Positions 1-14,413 of a stretch of 64,000 bases of DNA are shown piece after piece. A model generated the notes under the pieces. The model was given only the letters and a program-made list of their open reading frames with translations, was not told the DNA's origin and did not search any database. The DNA is taken from positions 15,996,001 to 16,060,000 of the forward strand of contig NC_135670.1 of assembly GCF_964188315.1 (NCBI RefSeq). Direction: 5' to 3'. The position numbers were made by a program, and so were the translations under genes. Every line of letters begins with the position of its first letter. Position 1 is the stretch's first letter. The DNA comes from Podarcis muralis (taxonomy: Eukaryota).

Positions 1-255
1 TCCCCTCTCCACCCCCACCCCCCCGAGGCCCTCCTTCCTTCAACGACTAGGCTACTTCTCTATGTCAGCCTGCGCCCTTTCGGATGCTTTGGGCTGTGGG
101 CTGGAGGCTAATGACAGGCCAAGACAGCAGGAGGGCACCAGGCTGGGGAAGGCTGGTGTGAAGAGAGAGGTTAAGTGGTTTAAAAAAAAATAGTTTTAGG
201 GATGGAGAGTGGAAAAGGGGCCCAAGAATTTCTTGCAAGCCCCCCGCGTCCTTAC

Positions 256-492
256 CTGGCTCTCCGCCTTGAGGATGCTCAGCTGCCGGCAATAGAACAT
301 GTTGTTGCTGGCCTGGTTGTAGGCAGTCACGGCGAAGGCAGCGGCCTTCTGCACGTCGGGATCCGAGACGGAGCGAGGCGTCAGGCCTCCGGGCATCCCG
401 ATGCTTCCCGCAAACAGCGCCGGGAGGAAAAGCAGCAGCAGCCCAAGGCAAGAGGAGATGCGCATCGCGACAGGTGAACACAACTGCGCCAT
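256..492 (-). CDS. Type-2 (secreted) cystatin, first coding exon; remaining exons lie left of the window
   Basis: MAQLCSPVAMRISSCLGLLLLFLPALFAGSIG signal peptide, then MPGGLTPRSVSDPDVQKAAAFAVTAYNQASNNMFY..KAESQ, closely like snake/lizard cystatins (IPGGLSPRSVSDPDVQ.AAAFAV). The exon ends at SQ|GTAAGG (donor 255-254), the usual type-2 cystatin intron position inside QxVxG. Start at 492 chosen because it follows the TATA/Inr; ATG 465 is an alternative. Confidence 0.9.
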
Positions 493-509
493 TGCTGAGA
501 ATGAGCTGG

Positions 510-630
510 AAGTGAGCGCGGCCATAGGCTGATATAAAGGCCGATGCCACGCCCACGCCGCGGAGCCAGCCAATCAACGACGCGGGAGGCGGAAGCCTGA
601 AAGGACAGGTAAGGCGCAGAGCCACGCCCA
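510..630 (-). promoter_or_regulatory. Cystatin core promoter
   Basis: Minus strand: TTTATAT (538-532) 25 nt upstream of Inr-like TCACTT (515-510); CCAAT box near 570; two GCCACGCCC KLF/Sp boxes (~546-554, ~621-629); CpG-rich. Confidence 0.55.
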
Positions 631-696
631 CTCCTGGGGAGGGCTGCTCCCGCTGGAGGAAAGACGCAGGCGCGCCCTGGGAATGTTCGCGCCTTT

Positions 697-751
697 TGTT
701 GTTTAGTCGTGTCCGACTCTTCGTGACCCCATGGACCAGAGCACGCCCGAG
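697..751 (-). mobile_element. Ultra-short BovB (RTE) 3'-end insertion
   Basis: Reverse complement of the BovB 3' end (GGCGTGCTCTGGTCCATGGGGTCACGAAGAGTCGGACACGACTAAACAAC), flanked by a 9-bp direct repeat CGCGCCTTT (688-696 and 752-760). Confidence 0.85.
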
Positions 752-1057
752 CGCGCCTTTACCTGGGAGTGAATCCCACTAAGCAGCGTGGGGCTTCCTT
801 TTGAGTAGGCAGTGCAGAGGACGGCGTTGATCTTTCGCTGGTGGGTCACCTCTGAGTTGAAGCCTGACCGGAGGTGACTGATTCAGATTCAAAGCAGCGC
901 AAATATAAAGGATCCTTCCTCAACCAGGTGCCTTCCAGATATTTGGACTCTGGTGGGACTTGTAGTCCACTAGAGGGCACCAGGTTTGGGAAAGGCAACT
1001 CTGTTTCTGGAAGATCCTGTGCTGTGCATGCACACCAGACATGTAAAACACATCTAA

Positions 1058-1411
1058 TGCGCATGGTGGTGCTGTGGGTTAAACCACAGAGCCTAGGATT
1101 TGCTGATCAGAGGGTCGGTGGTTCGAATCCCCGCAATGGGGTGAGTTCCCGTTACTCGGTCCCTGCTCCTGCCGACCTAGCAGTTTGAAAGCACGTCAAA
1201 GTGCAAGTAGATAAATAGGTACCGCTCTGGCGGGAAGGTAAACGGCATTTCCATGCGCTGCTCTGGTTCACCAGAAGCGGCTTAGTCATGCTGGCCACAT
1301 GACCCGGAAGCTGTACGCCGGCTCCCTCGGCCAATAAAGTGAGATGAGCGCCGCAACCCCAGAGTCGGTCACGACTGGACCTAATGGTCAGGGGTCCCTT
1401 TACCTTTTACC
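1058..1411 (+). mobile_element. Sauria SINE
   Basis: tRNA-like head (GGTTCGAATCCC B box), Sauria SINE body, GAGTCGGTCACGACT tail and (ACCTTT) end; near-identical to the other copies in the window. Confidence 0.85.
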
Positions 1412-1822
1412 TCCCCCAAAATCCTGGCAACTGTAGTTTCGCACTTCCCCAGCAGCCTGAACAAGCTATTATTCCCAATATTCTGTGTTTTAAATGTGTA
1501 TTGCATGTGCTTTAAATCTTCCACTTGAATCTGACCTGTGTCACTACAGCAGCACTCAGACCAGGCAAATATTGAGTGCAACAGATTTGCAGAAAAGACT
1601 CTACAACCTGAAATTAGAGTCAATGCATGCACTTTTGTAACCCAATAAAATCTTTAATAAAAATTATTTTTTAAAATTGAGAAGTGGGTCCTAAAATGCT
1701 GATTTAGGAAAATGGTAGGATCCTGCTCTGAAAAGATTGGAGACTCACAGCTTTAAGGCACTTAAAAATAAGTATTGTTTTTCATTCCTTTTAAATTTGT
1801 TAGCAACCTTATAATTTAAATA

Positions 1823-2129
1823 CCTTATTTTTCCGTGTATAAGACAATGTTTTTGCTAAATACCAGAAAAATACGGTATTTCCTTGATCTTCCCGTGGCT
1901 GCTTCCGCCACCAGACAAGTGTTGCCTCCTTCTTCTCCTCCCCGCACCCCCACCAGCTGCATGTGCCGCTCTTTCTCGTGCTTGCACACACGGGTGCCAG
2001 CCACTGCAAACTGTGCAAGGTTAAGGGCACCAACGGAGCACTGTGAGTAAAAGTGCATCCAGGGCCTTCTTCATTTCTGAGTTTTGGGTTCAAAAAAATT
2101 GGGGTCGTCTTATACATGAAAAAATGCAG
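1823..2129. mobile_element. Non-autonomous Tc1/mariner-type MITE
   Basis: Imperfect TIRs CCTTATTTTTCCGTGTATAAGAC / GTCTTATACATGAAAAAATGCAG with TA on both sides; same terminal type as 27881-28391 and 39933-40357. Confidence 0.7.
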
Positions 2130-2377
2130 TAATATCCTTTTGGACTGGGCCTGCACATATTTTACAGAACCTGACGCAGGCCAAACAGTGCCATTTGTAT
2201 CTGTTCAGTGCCCCCATTTCAAAACATGATGGTGCCAATGCCTTTCCACCCATCTGGTGCCCTACAGATGTTTTGAACGACAACTCCTCCCTTCTCACTG
2301 GCACTGGCACCAGAGGTAGGAGAATGCCTGCTTTTGTGCTAAGGGAAAAGAAATCATAGCAGATTCAAAGTTTGTGT

Positions 2378-2383
2378 TTTATT
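2378..2383 (-). terminator. Candidate SSR2 polyadenylation signal (AATAAA)
   Basis: TTTATT on + about 390 nt downstream of the SSR2 stop. Confidence 0.5.
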
Positions 2384-2770
2384 TTCCATGATAAAAAAAC
2401 ACACGCGCACACCATTCTGAGGCACAACAGATTTCTCTGACAGATTATCTAATTCTTCACGCTTAGGGCTCTGATATTTCCCCTTCCTTCCAGTGCCCTC
2501 CTGTGGCCAAGAAGAGCAGATTTGACGTGGAGAAGGAAGAGGGGTGGAACCTCCGTCACTGAGGCTGGACGGATCCCTCAGCAGAATGGCTAGGAGGGCT
2601 GGCAGAAAATATGGGGCCTGTTTTAATTCACGGATGGGTTGGTTTTTCTTTTTACGGCAGCTGTTTCTTGAAGAGCAACACCCCAATTTGTTTGGAAACA
2701 CTGGCTGCTCTGCTGTCGCTCCCGAGTACCCCTAGAACCGCAGAGGGGAACACAATCCACCTGGCGCAAC

Positions 2771-6747
<3,977 letters not shown>

Positions 6748-7509
6748 CTGGAATGGAGAAGAGGATGGATTTGTAGTTGCACCTGAAGAAGAATATCATT
6801 TGGTAGAGAAAAAGTGAATCTGTTAAAATGTGAGGTAGGGAAACAGTATCAGCACAGCAATTAAATGTGTGTTTATTTTAAAAAACCTGCTGCCAAATTA
6901 ATCAAATTGAAATTTTGTTTTAATCGGTTAGCCTAACTGATTCACCAATTAAAACACTGCCATCTTACTAAACAGAGATTAGAACCCCTACTTTGCCTCT
7001 AAACAAATATGGTTTTGGGATGGCTAAAGAGTGTATAGCCCTAATCCATGATAAATGATCTTTGAGCATCCATGCTCAAACATGAATGAAATGTGGCCAT
7101 GCCCCCAAAGTGAAACAGGTGACTTAAAATAAATCGGTAAAAATACAATTAAGAACCATACAAAATCTTAGCACAGTGAATTACAATTGCTACAACAGGC
7201 AGAAAGCTGATTTACGTGGTTTGCCACGACCCTTGGCAATTTTAATCTGGCCCATGGGAGGAAATGTTTGGAAACTGCTGAGCCACAGAAGAGAATGCTG
7301 GGCAAAGTGAATTTTATTTATTAACTTTGTCCATATAATGCTGCTTCTGTAATCCAACACCACAGGCTTATCCTATAGTTGAGATCCCCTCAACTGAATG
7401 CCAAATACCCTGATTTTTTTCTCTCCTGTAATCCTGTTCTCTTTTTTTTCTGTCAGGACCCTTCCCCAATTGCTCAGAAATTGCCCCATAATAAGATTCC
7501 ATCAACAGT

Positions 7510-8150
7510 GAGTGTGATGTAGTGATTAGAGCATCAGTCTGAGACAGACCAGGGTTCAAATACCCTCTTGGCCATCATGAAGTTGACCTTGGGCCAGTCA
7601 ACATCCCTCTCAGCCTAGCCTACCGCACAGGATTGTTGTGGAGATTAAATTAGGAGAGAGATAACGGTGTGCGCCACCTTGAACACCACAGAGCAAAAGG
7701 TGGGATAAAAACGCAATAAACAGTAGTAGTAATAGCAGTAGTTCATCTCGCCAAGTGGTCATTCTGACTGCCAGCAGCTCTCCAGAATCTCAGTCCATGA
7801 AGAGAGACAATATTGTGTAGCAGAGTGTTCGACCCGAGAGAGACCAGAGTTCGAATCCCCACTCGGCCAGGAAGCTCACTAAGGGGATGACTCTGAGCTT
7901 AGTCCCTGCCTCTCAGCCTAACCGACCTAACACGGTTGTGGTGGGGATTAAATATGGACTAGGATTTAGGAGACCAGGGTTCAAAACCTCCACTTGGCCA
8001 TAAAACTGCTTGCGGGGGGGGGGCTCACTGTCCTCTCAGCCTAACCAACCTCAAAGGGTTGTTGGGGGGATAAAACGGGGGGGGGGGGCGGACCCACGTG
8101 CACCACCTCGAGCTTCCTGGAGGAAAGAAGATGGGACACAACTGCTGTCA
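7510..8150 (+). mobile_element. Cluster of three head-to-tail tRNA-derived (MIR/Squam-like) SINE copies in SSR2 intron 1
   Basis: Repeated AGACCAGGGTTC(G/A)AAT.CCC..CTTGGCC..GACCTTGGGCCAGTC..CTCTCAGCCTAACC..GGTTGTTGTGG..GATTAAA units near 7510, 7815 and 7965. Confidence 0.7.
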
Positions 8151-8475
8151 ATGAATGAATAAAACTTTCTCTGCCAAGCCTCCTTGCACCCAGCACCCAG
8201 TTCCAATCGCCCTCCTTTTTCCCTGGCAGAATAGACCCCCCTCCTCCCATCAACCTGCATTTCCCCAACTAGAAACCCCTTTCCTCCTTTTCTCATCCAA
8301 AGCTGTCCTCCAATCAGACCCCCAAACCCGGTTTTGCCTGCCAAGACCACCTGCCCTCCCCCTCTGCGCTCGCCCACCTCGGCTCCTGCAGCTGCCAGCA
8401 GAACGGAAGGGAGAGTCAGCACTCCCCGCGGCCGGAACCCCGCCTCTCTCTTTCGCGCGCGCGCGCATTACGTAC

Positions 8476-8520
8476 CTTCCTCGCGTTGCCGCTGAGCTCG
8501 CTGGGAAATGTAGTCCTCAG
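8476..8520 (-). promoter_or_regulatory. SSR2: SSR2 non-coding exon 1 / TSS region with ZNF143(SBS)-type motif
   Basis: CpG island ~8330-8500; donor GAAG|GTACGT at 8475; GACTACATTTCCCAG on minus strand at 8515-8501. The next exon begins exactly at the ATG. Confidence 0.65.
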
Positions 8521-8716
8521 CCCTGCTTAAGAACCTATGTGGAGACAAGCTGGAGGATGCCAGTGGCCCATTTGGTTCTGCATCCTGTTCTCCCAGGTGA
8601 ACCAGAGAGGTTCCCACAGGAAGGTCCCGAGCACAACGGCAAACCTCCTCTCTTGTGGCTGCTAGAGACCGGCACCTGATCCTGCATTTACCACCTGCTC
8701 TCAGGTTATTTTGGTG

Positions 8717-8863
8717 CATAGCTGTCAACTTTCAGATTTGAAAATAAGGGATCAGCAGCCTCGAAAATAAGGGATCAGCAGCCTCACCTGTCCCGGGGAC
8801 AGTCTATGGAAACGGTGCTTAATAAGGGAATTTCCAGCAAAAAAGGGAAGGTTGACAGCTATG
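8717..8863. mobile_element. hAT MITE (147 bp)
   Basis: TIRs CATAGCTGTCAAC / GTTGACAGCTATG; perfect 8-bp TSD TTTTGGTG (8709-16, 8864-71); internal 23-bp tandem duplication GAAAATAAGGGATCAGCAGCCTC. Confidence 0.88.
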
Positions 8864-8944
8864 TTTTGGTGTTAGAATATGCAAAAAACAGGAAAGATCA
8901 TTAGGAGAGCCCTGCTAGATCAGAACAGTGGCCCATAGAGTCCT

Positions 8945-9590
8945 TGCATAGTTTTATAAGCTTCTATCATGCCACCTGTTTCTTTCCTTTTCCCTAAACT
9001 AGCCATTCCCAAATGCTGCAATCTTTCCTCCATCCTTCTTGTGACCCTATTCTGAACCTTTTCCAAGTCTACAATATCCATTTTGAGAGGAGGTGACCAG
9101 AACAGTATTCCAAATGTGGTCTTAGATATGTATAACAACATTTTGATAGTGGCAATTTTATTTTCAATTCCTCTAATGATCCCTAGCATGGAATTTTCCT
9201 TTTTCATGCATTCTACACTCTGGGTTGACATTTTCATTGAGCTATCCATTAAGGCTCCAAGGTGTTACTCCTTTCTGCCACCACCAGTTCAGCCCCCATG
9301 AGAAATTAATATTTTTTTGCCCCCACATGCATCACTACACACTTGTTTACATTGCATTGAATTTGCCATTTTCCTTCCCATTCACTCAGTTTAGAGAAGT
9401 CCTTTCGGTGCTCTTTGCAATCTTTTTAACAACACTAAAAAAATCTAGTATCATCAGCAAACTTTGCCACTTCACTACTAAGTCCTAACTCTAGATTGTT
9501 TATGAACAAGTTAAAAAACACAGGACTCAATACCAATCCTTGGGGGGGGGGACTCCACTTTTTACCTCTCTTCGTTTCGAGAACTGTTCA
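8945..9590 (-). mobile_element. Decayed CR1 LINE ORF2 3' fragment
   Basis: Frameshifted translation LGIIRGIENK..WSPPLKMDIVDLEKVQNRVTR..ERLQHLG...IEAYK typical of the CR1 RT C-terminus. Confidence 0.75.
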
Positions 9591-10419
9591 TTTGGACAGT
9601 TAACTATCCAACTGGTCACTGTAACTATTTTGTGTTCAGATAAATCACCAGTTCCTCTGCCTATTTTGCATTTCATTGCTCACTGAACTCATTTTTCCAC
9701 ACCCACCCAGTATGATGTATGACAACCAATTCAAGATTTCACACCGTGCATCTGATTGGCAGCACTGGCAAAGCCCTGTGGAAAACTTCACCCACAGCAC
9801 TTTGCAAATGGGCAAAAAAGGGGTTGCCTGATGTCACTGTGACATCAGGTGATGGACAGGTGGCTTGCCCCACCTACCTGTCAAATTTGGCCTGCAGGAG
9901 GTGGGGCAGATAGCCAGTTCCCCAACCCTGCTTTAACCCAAAGAACACCCTCATTCCTAGCTGCCACTTTTTATTTAGCGCAAAATGTTTTTGTTTTTTA
10001 AAATTCCATTAGGCAAGCAGGCTGGCCTGGCTTGTCTTACTCATCATGAACCTTTCCTGAAAAGATCACACTGCAGAACCATGTTTATAACAACCATGTT
10101 TATTTCAAATCACTGTCTCTTCCCACACCACATAATACTGCCAGCCAGCGCAGAAAAAGAAATCAAATTTTACAAGCATTGCTAGTCTACGGAAATCGTA
10201 TATTGTCGCAGTGTGTGGTAGGAATAGGTACACAGTTGCTCTAGGGTAGCTTTTACCTACCTGACAGCCCTCCAGATGTGTTTGACCACAATGCCCATCC
10301 ACCCCAGCCAACGTGATGGGAATTGTCACCCAAAATATCTGGAGGACATGAGGTTTGCTACCGTGGCTCTAGGGAGACTGAGAGCTTTGAGTTAGACAGG
10401 AGGGCACGTGCCAAGGCTG

Positions 10420-13124
10420 CTAGCTGGTGGGGTTGGGAGAGGAGGCAGAGCTCTTCGTGGTGCGTTGATCTGACTGCCCCAGGCGCTCCTGGTTTTGCTT
10501 TTCCTGCCTGGCGAGGAGGATGTTCATGGACTCTCGCATGTCTTCGAGGAGGGAGAGCTGTGCCTGTGCGATCTGCGTCTGTGTCTGGATGTTGTTGTGC
10601 ATGCACTCCAGCAGGCCAAAACACTCCTGGGGCTGATGTTCAGGGGCTGGGGAGAGAGAGGAGGAGGGAAGGGAACAGGCAGAGGTTGGCTGAATCATCC
10701 ACATTTTCTGTAAAGAGAGGGAGCCAAGGTGTTTGGTTTCCAAGGTTAGACTGTATTTGGAAAAGACAACCTGTGTAGCGCTCCTATATTTTGTAAACTT
10801 GCTTATGTTTTTGTTTGTTTGTACTTTTGATTCCATTTTAATAAAAACTTAAAAAGCGGGGGATAGGGAACAAGATAAAGAACCCTAGAGGGGAAGGGAG
10901 GGATCAGTGAGTCACTCAAAGCAGACGAAGCAGGCATACAAATATTATATGCATCTCTACATATAAAGATGTGTATGCAATGTTTGCACAAATTGGTGTC
11001 CACTTTTTTGGCCATGGGGCTACTCTAAGATGATGGCCCACATGCATATAAAGCATGAGAGGGTTCCCCTAACTTACAGAAATGTCTCTTTCCCTTCCCG
11101 ATCCGAGCTGTCTGGCTATATGGCAGGGCTGGGCTGGGCCTCCACTGAGTTGACGGGAGTTCCAGGAAACTGGGGGAGGGCTTGGCCGGACACAGAGGCT
11201 TAAAAGAAGGAGGTGGAGGACCATCAAAGTCTTCTCCTGTTGAGAGAGAAAGAGTGGGTCAGGTTGCACGGCCAAGATCTCTAGAATCCTGGGATCAACT
11301 CTCACATCGTTAAAAGTCATCTTAGTTTATTAATCGTATGAGTTGGGTTAGTCGCTGAAATTTGATTAAGCGATTAAATTTGCAGGCATTTGCATTTGGA
11401 TATAAAAATTGTTTTGTGCAAGAAGCGTAATTTATTATGAGTAGCGGGCATTATCTTGGAAAATACATTCCCTCCTGTGTTAGGGAAAACAGGGAAAGTA
11501 CTTAAGATGCTGATATCACAGACAGAAAGAGGAACTGAATGGGTGGCAGCTGATTTCAGCATCAACTTTCAGACAGGCCTTTGGCTGATTGTCTTTGTCG
11601 TTTTAAATGAGTTTGAGGGAGGGTGGGGGTTGTTCTTTGGTTTTGTTGTTTTTAATATGTACTTTGGTTTTATTCTGTATATTTATGCTGTGAAACGCCC
11701 TGAGATCTTCACATGAAGGACAGTATTTAGATATAATAAATTAATAATAACTTTTAAACTGCTCCTGCTGCTGTACCATTACCAATAAAAGCAGCAGATT
11801 GCAACAAGAGAGCAATTGCTTTTATCTGTGTACCAGGAAAAGCTTCACTGTTAATCCTTGCATCTCAAACTGCTGTTAAAAGATGCAGCAATAAGTGGTT
11901 GACTGAAAAAACCCAAATCACTGGAAACCTAGATGAAAGTGACTGAGTTTGGCTGGGTCACACACACACCCCCGGCAAAGATATCTAAATAAAAACACTT
12001 ACGTGGGACTTGTGAAGATCTTCTTGGTGTACCTGAAAAATATAAAATTATAGTTATTATGGATCTTTTTGGGGGTGAATGGGTTGCTCTTTTTATTTAG
12101 TACATATTCATTTTATTCCTCTGTAAATATAGAGTCCATACTTTTGCTGTCTCTTTCGTCTAGGGAGAAAAGTTGCTAAGTACTTTTATCTGACCCTCCA
12201 AACTCAGCTCTGGGACTTTTAATAAATCTGCAGAACTTATTCTACCTCCACCTCATTAGCTTTCTCTATGGCTTGTTGTGGCCACCATTGCCTCGGGTGT
12301 AGCCACCACGTTTTTCTCACCATAAGGCACATAAGAATGCAGGGAATTTAGGACTGGTGCCATGGCTGCCAACACAACTTAAGAGGTACATGGTATAAGT
12401 GACATCCATAAGATACTAAAGGGTCTCAAACTGAGACTGTAGAGGGGCCATGCAGCTCACTTCTGGCACCAATGTTGCAGCTTGCCACAGGAGGGAACTT
12501 TGGGCTGCTCTTTCCTGGGCTGTAGCATCACCTCCCCTGCTGATGGTCAGGAAGTGGTACTTAGGGTTCCCATTTCCCCAAAAGCATGGCAGCCCTAGTG
12601 GTACTGCAGTTACCCAAACAGCAAGTGCTAATACAGGGTTGCCAAGTCTCTTTACCCCAGTGTGTGCGTGTGTGTACATGTACTTGTGTGTAGAGCACAA
12701 AGACTGAGGGGTGCAGCTGGGGGTATTGCACACGGAGGTATTGCAGCACATTGCTTGATGCCGCACATTGGGCAATGTTGGCCCCCTTAAGAGCGTAGGC
12801 AAGTTGGTGCCTCTGACTGTGATAATATATCTTGCTCACTTGGGTGAAAGAGAGGGGTGTTTTTACGGACCTCTAACTTTTGTGTGGTTGTACGAAAGAT
12901 AAGAGTCACAGTAGATGCCCTGCCTGCTTTTTGGCTTCTGGCCTTGCCCACCGGGGATATGTGACTCCCACAAGTTTATCCAGTAGGGAATGTGGCCCCC
13001 GGGCTGGAAAAAAAATCCCTATCCCTGGTTTAAAACGTTAGCTGGAGAAGGGGAAAGTCTGATGTGGGTCTAACCTACTTTTCCGATGCTGCTTCTCATC
13101 CTGGGGGTTGACATCTGGCTCCAT
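10420..13124 (-). CDS. TSACC: TSSK6-activating co-chaperone, ~153 aa
   Basis: Exons 13124-13079 (MEPDVNPQDEKQHRK), 12032-12003 (30 nt, least certain), 11236-11078 (PLCPAKPSPSFLEL, cf. mammalian PLCRAKPSPSYINL), 10646-10420 (EHQPQECFGLLECMHNNIQTQTQIAQAQL, cf. [29 protein letters not shown]). All introns phase 1, GT-AG. Head-to-head with CCT3 as in mammals. Confidence 0.85.
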
Positions 13125-13489
13125 CCGAACGGGACTGGAACTCTTACCTGAAACAGGAAGAGAGGAAGAAAATAGTTATTTGTATCACAAGCAAGAGTTT
13201 CCAGGTTGGGGAGGGTTAAAGAAAAGGAGGTCCAAGACTGGAAAGCAACTCCCCTTTCATATGGACTGGAGGGAGAGCCTTATGTTTCTTATTTAAGGCC
13301 AAGATGGTCTTCCGGTGTCTTTCTGGTTTCATACTGCTGCGGTTGGAAAAAAATGATAGATTAGAGCATACTCAACAGGGTGCACTCGCTTTCCTGGGCT
13401 GGCAGCCACTTCAAACCTCAGAAGACAAACCCTAGGTAGGCCTTTTGAGCTTGTCACAACAAGTCCCGCTGCATCCTGGCGAAAGGGGA

Positions 13490-13790
13490 CACCTCCTCCT
13501 CCTCAGTCAGAGGGGCCTTCTTGGTGGCTGCTCCCAGGCTTTGGAACTCCCTCCCTAAAGAAGCCAGACTCCCTCTCTCCTTGCTGTCCTTCTGCCTGCA
13601 GGTGAAGTATTTTACTGTATTCCGAAAGGCTTTGGGAAACGGACTATTTTTTAAAGGAAATTGCTTTTGATAGGGCGGTGCTGTTTTTATGATCTGTGTT
13701 TTAATCAGTTGGTTTCTTGTATTGTTGTAATTCTATTAGAGTTTAATTACTTTATAAAGATAATAATATCAATAATAACAACAATCAGTG
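13490..13790 (+). mobile_element. Old L2 LINE 3' end
   Basis: GGGGCCTTCTTGGTGGCTGCTCCCAGGCTTTGGAACTCCCTCCC = degenerate RAFSVAAP.LWNSLP, followed by an AT-rich tail. Confidence 0.6.
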
Positions 13791-13989
13791 ACTGTCCCTC
13801 ATTGTGCTCTGTTTTTACATTCTGGGCAAGACTGGGAATGTGTTTGTGAGGAGTTGCAAACTCTACCAACTGCTGACCAGCCACTCTTCCTCTTCTCCCA
13901 GGTATAAAAAGATGGAGAAGTCCAATACAGCACCTTGGCTAAATGCAAAGCTGGGTGGTAGGTGTGCATCGGCACTGCACAAAACATTG

Positions 13990-14172
13990 CATGGGTGACC
14001 ATGGGAGAACATCATCCCTGGGGTGATCTTGGGCCAGTCACTCACTGCCTCTCGGCCCAACCTACCTCATGGGGTTGTTGTGGGCATTAAATGAGGAGTG
14101 GGAGAACCATGTACACCACTTTGAGCTCCTTAGAGAAAAAGGTGGGATATAAATGCGATAAACAAATAAATA
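13990..14172 (+). mobile_element. tRNA-derived (MIR/Squam-like) SINE, 5'-truncated
   Basis: GGGTGATCTTGGGCCAGTCAC..CCTACCTCA.GGGGTTGTTGTG..GAGCTCCTT..GGTGGGATATAAATG..AATAAATAAA. Confidence 0.7.
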
Positions 14173-14372
14173 AAGTTACTGTTAAACCAGGTTCATCCTT
14201 TTTGATTTTCTTTTCAGACAAGCAAAAACGCAAGAATAATAGAATTGGAAGGGACCAAAAGGGCCATCTAGTTCAGCCCCCAGCAGTGTAGGAAGGGGAG
14301 GATCTTTTTAATTATGAGAAAGTGGCTATGCAAGAGGCACAGCCCACACTCTAAACTGGGGAGGTTGGATTC

Positions 14373-14374
<2 letters not shown>

Positions 14375-14412
<38 letters not shown>
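14375..14412. repeat. (AC)19 microsatellite
   Basis: Perfect dinucleotide run. Confidence 0.97.

Positions 14413-14413
<1 letters not shown>

Noticed and set aside
65-631. 188-aa minus-strand ORF and overlapping 91-aa plus ORF
   Set aside because: Alternative frames across the GC-rich cystatin exon and promoter; no independent homology.
1058-1140. tRNA-like A/B boxes at SINE heads (also 37410, 46340, 49051, 56585)
   Set aside because: They are 5' parts of SINEs, with no complete cloverleaf, so not tRNA genes.
8155-8679. 174-aa plus-strand ORF
   Set aside because: Pro/Leu-rich by-product of the SSR2 CpG island.
10647-10836. N-terminal part of the 138-aa ORF 10420-10836, with an alternative acceptor at 10708
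   Set aside because: Homology to TSACC starts only after the strong acceptor at 10648-47; the upstream part is intron.
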